Shown: positions 1 to 11,960 of the stretch, in pieces
How positions within the stretch are numbered: the first letter of the stretch is position 1
How the letters are laid out: every line of letters starts with the position of its first letter
Origin: Octopus sinensis
Taxonomy: Eukaryota
Assembly: GCF_006345805.1 (NCBI RefSeq)
Contig: NC_043008.1
Span: forward strand, 9,176,001-9,240,000
Length of the DNA stretch: 64,000 nt
Direction: 5' to 3'
Notes under the pieces: generated by a model
What the model was told of the DNA's origin: nothing
What the model saw: only the letters and a program-made list of their open reading frames with translations
Databases searched by the model: none
Position numbers and translations under genes: made by a program

Positions 1-339
1 AAAAAAAAAGAGTCGAGAAGAAGAACCTCGTGAAATCCCAAAGTTAAGAACAAGCGAGAAAGAAATAGTGGAGAGTATGGCAGCAGTAATAGGTTTGTGT
101 GGTCACGGAGCATGCAGTGAGACGCCAGAAATTCCATTGATGTGAACACCAGAAGATCTGACAACACTGAAAGAGATGAAATTACGATTCTAACTTTCTT
201 TATTTCCCAAGTGGCAGCTGAAGCTTAAAACAAAATGTGATCATGAGAAATACAAGTTTCATTAACTTATAATAATTCTTCTGTAAAAAGGAGACAGCTG
301 ACAGTTAAGCTGTTTCAATTTACATATTCTTAAGATAGA

Positions 340-379
<40 letters not shown>

Positions 380-977
380 GTGAGTATATAGGTATGTATG
401 TATATTTTATATATAGAGAGAAAGACAGACAGACACAGTGAAAGAGAGAGGGAGAGAGAGAAAGAGATAAATAACTTGAGTATATATTTATGCATGTTTG
501 CACACACATACTCACACATGCATGCGTATATACGTATATGTATATATATATATACACACACACACACATATATATATACATATATATATATATATACACA
601 CATATATACATATATATATACACACACACATATATATATATATATACACACACACATATATACACACACACACGAACATATATATATATATATAATTTCA
701 ACAATTGAGGGTAAAATTAATTAATTAATCAATTTCACCAAGTATTCAGTATGCAAAGGGACCATTTAAGGCGAATTCAAATTATTACATTATATAAAAG
801 GGCTTAGTAAAATAAATTACTTTGCCGCATACTGAACTCATTAGAAATAGCAGCTAAAAAAACTTTTTAAAACTATTTCTAATACTTAAAGAAAACCTCT
901 CTCATATAGTGTTTGCTCAATTCAACTCACGCAAATATGGGGGTAGAGACATTAAAAAATCAAGTGCAAAGGTTATT

Positions 978-1029
978 TGAGAACGTACGTTTCAAGATTA
1001 GTCAACACGACACTTCTATCATCAGCTCA
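978..1029 (-). ncRNA. Putative type I hammerhead ribozyme (556-bp family, inverted copy)
   Basis: Minus strand: UGAG-CUGAUGA-UAGAAGUGUCGUGUUGACUAAUCUU-GAAAC-GUAC-GUU^CUCA. Confidence 0.55.
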
Positions 1030-1291
1030 GAACTCCCTGGTTTGGATTTGAAAACACTGAAAGTGGGAGCATACCCTTTCGGCTTCCTCTCGCTTCTGAA
1101 GATCTGCTCGTAACTAACAGTGCCAACAAACCCAAAAATGCAAGCGAAGAATTTCTGCTCTCCCCTTTCCACCAGCGTGTGTTAAAATCAGTAAACACTA
1201 TGCTTTTTTCGGTAAAGTCCGCGGCATTATATAGAGAGAGATGAATTATAATTTCAACAATTGAGGGTAAAATTAATTAATTAATCAATTC

Positions 1292-1343
1292 TGAGCTGAT
1301 GATAGAAATGTCGTGTTGACTAATCTTGAAACGTACGTTCTCA
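1292..1343 (+). ncRNA. Putative type I hammerhead ribozyme (556-bp family)
   Basis: CUGAUGA 1296-1302, GAAA 1328-1331, palindromic stem III ACGUACGU, GUU triplet 1337-1339, stem I UGAG/CUCA. Stem II is weak (U.U, then AGA/UCU, then GUC/GAC). Confidence 0.55.
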
Positions 1344-1847
1344 AATAACCTTTGCACTTGATTTTTTAATGTCTCTACCCCCATATTTGCGTGAGTTGAA
1401 TTGAGCAAACACTATATGAGAGAGGTTTTCTTTAAGTATTAGAAATAGTTTTAAAAAAGTTTTTTTAGCTGCTATTTCTAATGAGTTCAGTATGCGGCAA
1501 AGTAATTTATTTTACTAAGCCCTTTTATATAATGTAATAATTTGAATTCGCCTTAAATGGTCCCTTTGCATACTGAATACTTGGTGAAATTGATTAATTA
1601 ATTAATTTTACCCTCAATTGTTGAAATTATAATTCATCTCTCTCTATATAATGCCGCGGACTTTACCGAAAAAAGCATAGTGTTTACTGATTTTAACCCA
1701 CGCTGGTGAAAGGGGAGAGCAGAAATTCTTCGCTTGCATTTTTGGGTTTGTTGGCACTGTTAGTTACGAGCAGATCTTCGGAAGCGAGAGGAAGCCGAAA
1801 GGGTATGCTCCCACTTTCAGTGTTTTCAAATCCAAACCAGGGAGTTC

Positions 1848-1899
1848 TGAGCTGATGATAGAAATGTTGTGTTGACTAATCTTGAAACGTACGTTCTCA
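1848..1899 (+). ncRNA. Putative type I hammerhead ribozyme (556-bp family, next tandem unit)
   Basis: CUGAUGA 1852-1858, GAAA 1884-1887, GUU 1893-1895, stem I UGAG/CUCA. Confidence 0.55.
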
Positions 1900-2089
1900 A
1901 ATAACCTTTGCACTTGATTTTTTAATGTCTCTACCCCCATATTTGCATGAGTTGAATTGAGCAAACACTATATGAGAGAGGTTTTCTTTAAGTATTAGAA
2001 ATAGTTTTTTAAAAAAAGTTTTTTTAGCTGCTATTTCTAATGAGTTCAGTATGCGGCAAGTAATTTATTTTACTAAGCCCTTTTATATA

Positions 2090-2127
<38 letters not shown>

Positions 2128-2429
2128 ACATAGATATATGTATGTATGTATAATGTGTGTGTGTGTGTGTGTGTAAACACTTAATTGTAAACAAGAAGAA
2201 GAGAGTTTTATTCAATACTGAAGAGGGAGAGAGTGTTATATTATCCATTATTGGAAGCGAAAACTTCACAAACCTTTATATCGGAAGCAGGAATCTCCGG
2301 ATAATGATTTATGAAATTTCAACTGCCAATAAAATGTGAACAGAAATACATATGTAATCTTTCTTTGTTCGTTCATTTGTTCATTCATGCATGCACATCA
2401 CATGTGCATGCATGCATGCATACATTCAA

Positions 2430-3110
2430 ACAGGCACGGCTGAGTGACTAATAGCTTTGCTTCCCAATCTGACTGTTTTGGATACAGTCCCGTTGTTTGG
2501 AACCTTGGGGACATGGTTTCTACTATAATCTCAGGCTCGACTAAAGCCTTGGGAGTGAATTTGGTGGACAGAAACTGAAAGAAGCCTGAAAGGGCGGCGA
2601 GCTGGCAGAATCATAAGCATGGTCAGGCGAAATGCTTAGCAGCATTTTGTCTGCCGGCGAGCTGGCAGAAATGTTAGCACACCGGGCGAAATGCTTAGCG
2701 GTATTTCGTCTGCGTTACGTTGTGAGTTCAAATTCCGCCGAGGTCGACTTTGCCTTTCATCCTTTCGGGGTCGATAAAATAAGTACCAGTTACACACTGG
2801 GATCGATATAATCGACTTAATCCCTTTGTCTGTCCTTGTTCGTCCCTCTGTGTTTAGCCCCTTGTGGGTAGTAAAGAAATAGGTATTTCGTCTGCCGTTA
2901 CGTTCTGAGTTCAAATTCCGCCAACGTCGACTTAACCTTTCATCCTTTCGGGGTCAATAAATTAAGTACCAGTTATGCACTGGGGTTGATGTAATCGACT
3001 TAATCCTTTTGTCTGTCCTTGTTTGTCCACTTTATGTTTAGCTCCTTGTGGGTGGTAAAGAAATAAGAAACTGAAAGAAGCCCTTTGTGTGTGTGTGTTC
3101 TTGCTTTAAC
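2430..3110 (+). mobile_element. Nested SINEs: a Meta-domain-like tRNA SINE (duplicated head and body) inserted into a second SINE family
   Basis: The insert at ~2591-3066 (ggcggcgagctggcagaa...gtcgactttgcctttcatcctttcggggtcgataaa) is flanked by the direct repeat agaaactgaaagaagcc, which belongs to the host SINE. Confidence 0.75.
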
Positions 3111-3397
3111 ATTGTGCAATAGGTGTAAACAAGTATCACATACACACACACATACACACACACGGTAATCAGTCGCCAGATCGCGGTTCACCTATCGTGC
3201 CCTCAGTACATCACGGATTTTTCTGGCTAATGTATGTAAATTTATATCATGGACTCCTCAGTATATCACAGGCTTCTGCATCTGATAAATATATATATAC
3301 TTTTTAGATTTTAATTATTTTTGTGGTGAAATAAACATTTTCACACCTAAAAGTTAATAAATAGAAATGCAGTACAGTACTGCACTGTATAACACAT

Positions 3398-3720
3398 CAT
3401 CATCATCATCATCATCATCGTTTAACGTTCGTTTTCCATGCTAGCATGGGTTGGACGGTTCGACCAGGGATCTGGGAAGCCAGAAGGATGCACCAGGCTC
3501 CAGTCTGATCTGGCAGTGTTTCTACAGCTGGATGCCTTTCCTAACGCCAACCACTCTGAGAGTGTAGTGGGTGCTTTTTACATGCCACCGGCACAGGTGC
3601 CAGGCAGGGCTGGCAATGGCCACGATCAGATTGGTGCTTTTTACGTACCACCGGCATGGAAGCCAGTCAAGGCGGCGCTGGCATCGGCCAGGTTTGGATG
3701 GTGCTTTTTACGTGCCACAC
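3398..3720 (-). mobile_element. SINE/RTE-tail family with (GAT)n tail. Further copies at ~14330, 25730, 31325, 32655, 36363, 46895, 48350, 52990; opposite orientation at ~46300, 59250, 61185.
   Basis: Recurrent (cat)n-cgtttaacgtccgttttccatgctagcatgggttggacgg...ctggatgcccttcctaacgccaaccactcc block. Confidence 0.8.
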
Positions 3721-4736
3721 ATTAATTAAAATATATTAAAAGAAAACATGTAGTCTATTGAAGATGAGTAAGTAAAGAATTGCAGGTACTGTATGGAAAT
3801 AAAACTTGGGAGGTGAGTGTGTGGTGCAGTTTTGCATTTGTGTGTAAAATTGTGAATTTATTTCAAGCCCTACAGTGTCACCCAAACGTTTTGCACCGTC
3901 TAAGAATATACAGTACAGTAGAAACTTCACAGTTCTTTACATATTGTTGGGGGGGGGGGTCTTGGAAAGTAACACCTGCGATACTCAAGGGATTACTATA
4001 TATATATATGTTATGTATACTGAAAGTGTGCTTGCACGAGGAATTTTGACAAATTATAACATATAATGATGAGACACGTGTTATTTGTCTCTGAATTATA
4101 AGTTAGTTGTTAAAGCGGGTTACTGATGAAAATTTGCCTAGCAAATTATCTTATTTGCTAATGAAATTTTAAACCTAGGTATAACCGCAAAAAATAACGA
4201 GGTAAAAGTTTTTATTTTTCATTTTCTTCAAAAATTGGTCTTAAATGTGGTTTTGGTCATCTTGGCTGCTTCTTCTAGTGTGTAAAAATTACCTGTTAAA
4301 GGGTAGTTTTCTCTTGTGTTTAATTGTACACTATTTTATATTGTGTATATATATATAAATATATAAATATCTATGTATGTAAGTATGTATATATATATAT
4401 AGACTTAGATCCAATCTGACTGCATGGCATCTTGGGCAAGAGACATTTTACTACAGACTCAGATCGATGCAACCTGAGTAAACCAACGGATGGATTGTAA
4501 CTGCAAGTCAAAGATCCACACCTGTGTAACACACTGCCATGGTAACTCTCCCCGAAAGTTACCTTAAGTATACACACACACCTGTGAAATACTCAGCCAC
4601 TTATAAGCTAAGCTAATTCAATGAACAGTTTCAGTTGATCTAACAGCTGAAACCTTTGAAAATCCTGTAATCCATTTATTTCTTTTATATATATATATAT
4701 TATATATATATACATATATATATATGTATGTATGTT

Positions 4737-4794
<58 letters not shown>

Positions 4795-4820
4795 ATATAT
4801 ATATTATATATACGTATATA

Positions 4821-4879
<59 letters not shown>

Positions 4880-5032
4880 GTGTGTGTATATATATATATA
4901 TATATAATATATATATATATATATTATAAATACTATATATATACATACATACTACGTCTGTGAATACTCTCATGCATTTATATATGCATACACATGCACA
5001 AAGGCAAGCAGATTCATAGCTGTAAATGTATA

Positions 5033-5071
<39 letters not shown>

Positions 5072-5619
5072 ACTTATACATATATATGTAAATGTAGCAA
5101 TACACATATACACACATTTGCATCCACACAAATTTGGCAAATTCCTGACTTTCATCTCTAATCTAAGCAGCATACCTGCCAATTCCTGTCTGGAGGCAAA
5201 TGAAATTGAATTTGCTCATTTCTAACTAGAACAGAATTACTTCCTAGAAACCGTTCAGCGTTCTTCCTTGTTATGTGTAATTACATATATACAAACACAT
5301 ACACACACGCACACATCCTGTATATCTCTACATATGTTTCTGATATACAAACTTTTATTTTTCTTCTTTTTACTGTGTGAATTTGTGAAATATTCCCCTA
5401 TAGGTTATTTGTGCTGAAATAGGGTTCCAATGGGTCACTCGCTAATTCCCAATATTTCCACTGGCAAGAGTTGTTGGTACACTTGGCTCTTAGAAGATTG
5501 TGTCCCATGAACCATATTTCTGTAGCATCTTATGGTAGTGCTGGAAGCTGCTGCCTAAAATATAAGTTTTAGTATTATGTTTGGCAGCTCATATTCAGGT
5601 ATAAAGATTGGTAGCCACT

Positions 5620-6030
5620 ACACACATTTTTTTTTCTCTCCTTGTTTCTCTCCTTGTTTTTTTCTGTGTCCCTTTCTGTAGAGGAGCATAGGCTCGAAAC
5701 GTAAAAGACTTTTTCAATTCCTGAGCATTATACTAATACATCTGTTGGTTTTGTATACTACCTGTCTTCGTCTTTTGTTTTTTTCGTAAACTCTCCCTAT
5801 ATATATATATGTGACCCTTCTGTCCGAGTCAGTCGCCATGATAGATCGTTAGCCAACACACATTTTTTTCTCTCCTTGTTTCTCTCCTTTTTTCTGTGTC
5901 CCTTTCTGTAGAGGAGCGTAGGCTCAAACATTAAAGACTTTTTCAATTCCTGAGCGTTATACTAATACATCTGTTTGTTTTCTACACCACCTGTCTTCGT
6001 CTTTTGTTTTTTTTCGTGAACTCTCCCCAT
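5620..6030 (+). repeat. Two tandem copies of a ~230-bp element carrying a minimal hammerhead-like motif
   Basis: cacacattttt...gtgtccctttctgtagaggagc.taggctc.aaac...aaagactttttcaattcctgagc occurs twice, with cores at 5676 and 5906. Confidence 0.8.
5668..5709 (+). ncRNA. Putative minimal type I hammerhead with variant core CUGUAGA
   Basis: CUUU-CUGUAGA-G-GAGC(AUAG)GCUC-GAAAC-GUA^AAAG. Stem III is only the palindrome ACGU. Confidence 0.5.
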
Positions 6031-6457
6031 AAATATATTAACCCTTGTAGAACAGTAATGGTAGCTTTGCTTTGAGGTTCTAACATGCTGTTACTTCACT
6101 TCAGTTTATAGACCACTGCCTTGGCAATAACTCATTTTCTGTGATATAAACTGTGGGTGATGAGTATTTTAGGAGCATAAACTTTGTCAGCTGCAATGGT
6201 CCTGTGTGCTTTCTTTTGGACGAATGAGTTGCTTTGGTATGCTATGTGAAACACTCAGGTGAGATAGACATTCTTCCTGATGCTTGAGTGTTTTGCTTTA
6301 TAGATAATGGTTCTTCTTTCCATGTCCAATATGCCTGCAGTTCACACAGCACTCAAAGCTTTTGTGCATTTTCATTAATGTAGAAATGTGTTCCTTCCAA
6401 CTTACAGTCCATACTCAGAATCTGATGTTCCTTTTCTATTATAACTTACAATTTTCA

Positions 6458-6691
6458 GAAGGCGGCAAGCTGGCAGAAACGTTAGCATGCCGGGCAAAAT
6501 GCTTAGCGGTATTTCGTCTGTTGTTATGTTCTGAGTTCAAATTCCGCAGAGGTCGACTTTGCCTTTCATCCTTTCGGGGTCGATAAATAAAGTACCAGTT
6601 TCGCACTGGGGTCAATGTAATCGACTTAATCCCTTTGTCTGTCCCTGTTTGTCCCCTCTACGTTTAACCCCTTGTGGGTAGTAAAGAAATA
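6458..6691 (+). mobile_element. tRNA-derived SINE (Meta-domain-like) with an 18-bp target-site duplication. Other copies at ~12170, 21040, 22870, 39304, 40945, 47990, 52580, 54710, 54960, 59970.
   Basis: TSD tataacttacaattttca at 6440-6457 and 6692-6709; B-box-like gagttcaaattcc; central gcctttcatcctttcggggtcgataaa resembles the MetaSINE domain as recalled. Confidence 0.8.
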
Positions 6692-7314
6692 TATAACTTA
6701 CAATTTTCAAAGTACAATACAAGGTTTTGGTGAACTTTGATAGAAACCCTTGTTTTACCATTTAATGGCATGCATATCACCTTTCAGTTGTCTATTCAAT
6801 CACTACTTATCCTAAGATCTCTATACAAGCTATACACTTCGACATTGCTTAATCCTGTTGATTTTACACATCCAATTTGTGTTCAACCATCAACACAGAT
6901 GGATAACAGGTATTAATTAATGATATTAATTAATGGTAGCTGATTGTCAATATTTGGTAGGTGGCACTCTCTGAGAAAGAAATAATTGGAGATACTGAAT
7001 TTGCTTTTTTTTACCATTGAGTTTATGGTGACATCAAGTTCAATACAGGTATATGTAAATGGTCAGTTCTTCCAGAGAGAGAGGGGGGAGAGAGAGAGAA
7101 AAGGAGACAGATGGAGAGCAAGTATGTGTGTGCATATGTGTTTGCAATACACTACTACATGGTGCTTCAGAGGTTGCTGCATGCCATGTCTGCATTATTC
7201 TCTACCAAAACATAGCTGTACCTTGCTTTAATAAACTCATTTGTTTTCTGGAACACGGTTCTTCCTTTATTGACAAAAAATGCTTCCTAACTCTTCATAT
7301 TCATTACTGAGCTA

Positions 7315-8602
7315 CGAGGGGCGTTCAATAAGTAATGCCTCTGACCCACTTGCAGTTGTTTGATCTAGCTGAAATTTTGCATGTGCAATTATTTATATCT
7401 CTATAGATTAAGTGGCAAATTACAGCTCTGAACTAATTGTGGTTTCCGATTTACAGGTGTTTGAACTGAGTCAAGTGTGAAATGGAGCATGTTGAGTGTC
7501 GAGCAGTGATCCGGTTTTTGTATTTGAAAGGACGCACACCACGGGAGACTTTTGATGAAATGAAAGTAACTTATGGTGATGATGCCGCATCATATGACCT
7601 TGTAAAACGCTGGCATCGTGAATTCAAACATGGTCGGAACTCTGTGGAAACAGCTCCCAGATCTGGTCGCCCCTTCTGCCATTGATGAGGCATCTGTCCG
7701 TCAAGTTGAGGCTGCCATTTTGGAAGATCGACGCATAACTATTCGCCAAATAGCCCATGAGGTCAAGATTAGTACCGGGTCTGTGGAAACTATCATTCAT
7801 GACCATTTGCATATGCAAAAGGTGTCTGCCAGATGGATTCCCAGGTTGCTCACACCTTTCCAGAAGCAAGAACGCGTCGATTGCTCGAGGATGAATTTGG
7901 AGATGTGCCAAGAAGATGAGTCAAAATTTTTCAAAAGACTGATTGCATAGGATAAAACCTGGGTCCATCACTATGATCCAGAGACCGAAGCACAGTCAAT
8001 GCAGTGGAAGCACCGTGACTCACCTCCTCCAAAGAAGACAAGGGTGCAGCCCTCCGCAGGCAAGGTCATGCTTACAGTCTTCTGGGACAGGACGGAGTAG
8101 TGAAGACAGATTTCCTGGCAAAGGGTGCCACAATTACAGGAGTCTATTATGCTTCACTTTTGAGGAAATTAAGAGAAGCTATCAAAATCAAGAGGCGGGG
8201 CAAGATCAGCAAAGGCATCCTCCTCCTGCAGGACAACGCTCCGATCCACAACTCGCGTGTCGCCAGATCAGAAGCACAGGCGTGCGGCTATGAACTCATC
8301 CCCCATCCCCCTACTCTCCCGACCTTGCACCCTCTGATTTTCACCTCTTCCAGCCATGAAGTTGTTTTTGAAAGGAAAGCGTTTCCCAGATGATGCAGCC
8401 TTGATTTCTGAAGTCACGTCGTGGTTGGAGGACCAAGCTGGGGTCTTCTACAAAAACGGTCTTCAGAGCTGCATCAAACGATGGGAGAAATGTGTAACTC
8501 TGAGTGGTTCCTATGTAGAAAAAGACTAATAACTGTTCCAAGTTTCGTTGCTCTACTGCTATGGGAAGTGGGTCAGGGGCATTAATTATTGAACGTCCCT
8601 CG
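7315..8602 (+). mobile_element. Full-length mariner (Tc1/mariner, DD34D) transposon, 1288 bp
   Basis: 37-bp TIRs cgaggggcgttcaataagtaatgcctctgacccactt / aagtgggtcaggggcattaattattgaacgtccctcg (3 mismatches); TA TSD at 7313-7314 and 8603-8604. Confidence 0.95.
7482..8529 (+). pseudogene. Decayed mariner transposase
   Basis: HTH region, WIPRLL motif, [stop]DKTWVHHYDPE, LLQDNAP, and frameshifted HPPYSPDLAPSDFHLF. Frameshifts near 7672, 8090 and 8305; in-frame stop at 7948-7950. Confidence 0.92.
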
Positions 8603-9779
8603 TACGTTTAGTCCCTTGACATTTAACTGAAGGTTTTCCTTCAAATGGAAATGTTCATGGCATTGCTTATTATTACAACTGCCACTTGAATGCCACATTG
8701 CTTTGATATCGTTTCCTTTAAGGGCAATTTACTTGTTAATTGATAATGAAGTGATGTCAAATGTCTCAGCTGTTTGACCTTCTGTAGTACCAATCCTTAA
8801 GAACTTTCATTTTCACCAACATTACAGAACGGTTTGATTTACAGATGTGTGCTAGAGTCACAGACACAAAAATCAAGAGTACCCTCTTTCTCCCAGTTGG
8901 TCAGTTATGATTTACTATAAACCAAGGGAGTTAGTCAGTTGTGTGTGTTGACCAATAACCATCACTGTTTGATTATTGAACATATCTTCCTTGTAGTCAC
9001 TAGATTCCCCAGCAAGATAACCGACAGTACATCAAACACCATAGTTCCCAAGTCATGAAAGTCAAGTCAGTCATCGTTAGTCTAATTTGTGGATCCAGTA
9101 AGAAGTTTCTGAAACAAAAAAGTTCTGAAACAAAACCATATGAGTTTCAGAGCTGCTGGGAGCATATTTTTCTGGGGTTGTGATGTGTGGCAATGTCCAA
9201 CAGGTCATACACAGCAATTGTACCATTGACCTTATTCTACAAAGGAATAAGGTCAGAGGTACAACAAAAAATAAGGTTCAAGATACATCAGGTCTGAAAA
9301 AGAAAACGTCGGGATGGTCAAAAATAGAATGTCTTTTGACCATAGGTCTAGTTGCTCAGTGCTGACCAGGGCCTCAACAACAATAACAACAACAACAAAT
9401 TGTGTTATACTTTTACTAGGTTACAGCAATAATAATAATGATAATAACATGTGGGGCATTACACCATGTTATTAGACCAAGCAGCCTCCACAACACCTCG
9501 GGGCTAATGTGCTTTGATATTTCATGCATTTCTAGTTCGTATAACTTGTTTAAACAGTAACAAAAACAGCAACAACAACAACAACAACAACATGGTGTTG
9601 TGTGTTAATGGAAATCTTCTTTAAAGTCTTTCCAAGCAGAGGAATGCAAAGAGATGAATAGCTCATTTGGAATTAGATAGCTTTTCAGATTCCATGGCTG
9701 ATTAATGGAAAAAGAAAAGATGGCCACCCCAAGTGGTGGCAGATGATATTCAGAATTACATATAAATGTGTGCAAGAGC

Positions 9780-10310
9780 ATGTGTGTGTGTGTGTGTGTG
9801 TGAGTATGTGTGTGTGCATATGTGTGTGTGTGTGAGTGTGCATATGTGTGTGTGCGTGTGTGTGTGCATATGTGTGTGTGTGCATATGTGTGTGTGTGCA
9901 TATGTGTGTGAGTGCATGTGTGTGTGTATATGTGTGTGTGCATATGTGTATGTGTGCATATGTGTGTGTGTGCATGTGTGTGTAGGGGGTAAGTGCATGT
10001 TAGAAGATGTGTGTGTATGAGTGTGTGTGTGTGAGTATGTGTGTGTATGAGTGTATGTGTGTTAGAGTGAGTGATTCTATGTGTGAGATAGAGAGATAGA
10101 GAAAGGGGGTCAGAATATGTGTGTGTGTATGTGTGTGTGTGTGTGTATGTGCATATTAGGAGATGTGTGTGTATAGTGTGTGTGTGTGTGTTAGAGTAAG
10201 TGATTGTATGTGTGAGATAGAGAGATAGAGAAAAGGAGTGAGAATATGTGTGAGAGAGAGAAGGGGTGAAAATGTGTGTGTTATGTGTGTGTGTGTGTTA
10301 TGTGTGCATG
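9780..10310. repeat. Compound (TG)n microsatellite
   Basis: Direct inspection. Confidence 0.95.
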
Positions 10311-10705
10311 CATGTATGTATAAAATAATAAAAAATTGACTAATTTGGCAATTAAAAAAGTATACATCAAAACCATAAGTTGAAAAACTTAAAGCTGGCA
10401 AATGAAAACCTGGATATCAAAGTTACGTTGAATGGCATCAAAAGACTCGCTTCACGGCTGATTATGTTAACTGTGGTGACACTGCAAGTGATGACTTTTT
10501 AAAAGAAAATACTAAAAGGAAGAGGAGGAAGAGGAAGAGGAGGAGGAGAAGAACAAAAAAATAAAAAAAAGAAAGAAAAAGCATTTAAAAAGGTGGAAAG
10601 AATGAAACAAGAAACGGTAGAGAGACAGATTGAGTTTCAAGAAAAAAATATTTCAGAAGACTAAAGAAAACACTCAAAATATATAAATAAGCAACAACAA
10701 CAATA

Positions 10706-10945
<240 letters not shown>

Positions 10946-11499
10946 CTGAGATCTACAAAGTTAATGTAAAAATCTGAAAGCTAATGACAATGTGTCTTAT
11001 GTATCACTGAAAAAAAGACACGGATTGAATATACTTTCTGAGAAAAGAAGACTGTCAAGGGTTAATGCAGTCTTAACTCACATTGAAAATTGCAACCATG
11101 GGACTTCCTACCTACCCACAACAGGCAAATGACTGGATGTTGAAGCTGGTTCTGAAACATGAAGATATCAAAAAAACTATACTCAGTGACAAGAGGTGCT
11201 ATAAAAAAAACCTTTGGGAAATGCAGCTAGACAACCCAGTATGCAAAGAAAATGGTCCCCATTTAAAATAAAAGGGACAAAGAAGTATAGCCAAACAAAC
11301 CAACCTCCAATACAGTAAGGAGAAATAGAAACAAAAACCAACAACAAGACAGAACCTGTTATTATCAAGGAAAAAGTCACATTCAATATGATGAAAAGAC
11401 ATAGGTACAAATTCCACCTCATGTAAACTAGAGATGCATAAGAGGTGCACCACAATCACAGACAGGCAATCAGAAAAGAAGGACTCGTACAATAATCCT

Positions 11500-11960
11500 C
11501 AAGAGCAACCAAGTAGAAGATGCTACCCTGAAGTAGTAAACAACATTTATTAGCTGGGTAACCTAACAAACAGTGGTGGGTAAGTATTGTGAAAGAGATT
11601 TAAGCAGAGCAAGAATGGGTTGGAAAAAAGTTAAATGGCTTAACTCTGCTAGTAACAAAGTGTTTCTTTTTTTAGAATGAAGGGCAGATTGCATGATGCT
11701 TGTGTACCGAGTGCAATGCTGCATGGTAGCAACATTGGGCCTTTAATCCAGAGGATTTATAAAAACTATAAAATGATCATGATCTGCTGGACATGTAAGG
11801 TTAACATGCATGAATGATAGAGCAGAAGTTAGCTGAAAGAAGAGCTGTGATGCCAGTACAGGTATGTGATGAGTATGGAGGGTGACAGTTGTATTAAACA
11901 ATGCAGTGCAGGGCATTTATAGAGGATAGAACATGTTGAGAAGTAAGCAGTAGAAAGACT
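11500..11960 (+). mobile_element. Decayed RTE-type LINE, post-RT C-terminal fragment
   Basis: Broken reading frames LEVVNNIY*LGNLTNSGG and KGRLHDACVPSAMLHGS resemble the RTE motifs LEVVDSFCYLG and GRLYDACVRTAMLHGSETW. Confidence 0.65.

Larger units (their letters stand above)
691..2093. mobile_element. 556-bp tandem repeat with internal inversion, carrying hammerhead motifs (retrozyme / Penelope pLTR-like insertion)
   Basis: tataatttcaacaattgagg recurs at 691 and 1247 (period 556). Orientation flips at 1290/1291. The core ctgatga recurs at 1296 and 1852 (period 556). Both ends abut (TA)n. Confidence 0.75.

Noticed and set aside
913-1964. Two near-identical 66-aa ORFs (MLNSTHANMGVETLK...) on opposite strands
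   Set aside because: They are by-products of the inverted 556-bp repeat, lie antisense to the hammerhead strand, start at TTG, and contain no recognisable domain.
4125-4170. CUGAUGA followed by an AAUUUGC/GCAAAUU hairpin
   Set aside because: GAAA does not follow the stem, and no stem I or III can be formed.
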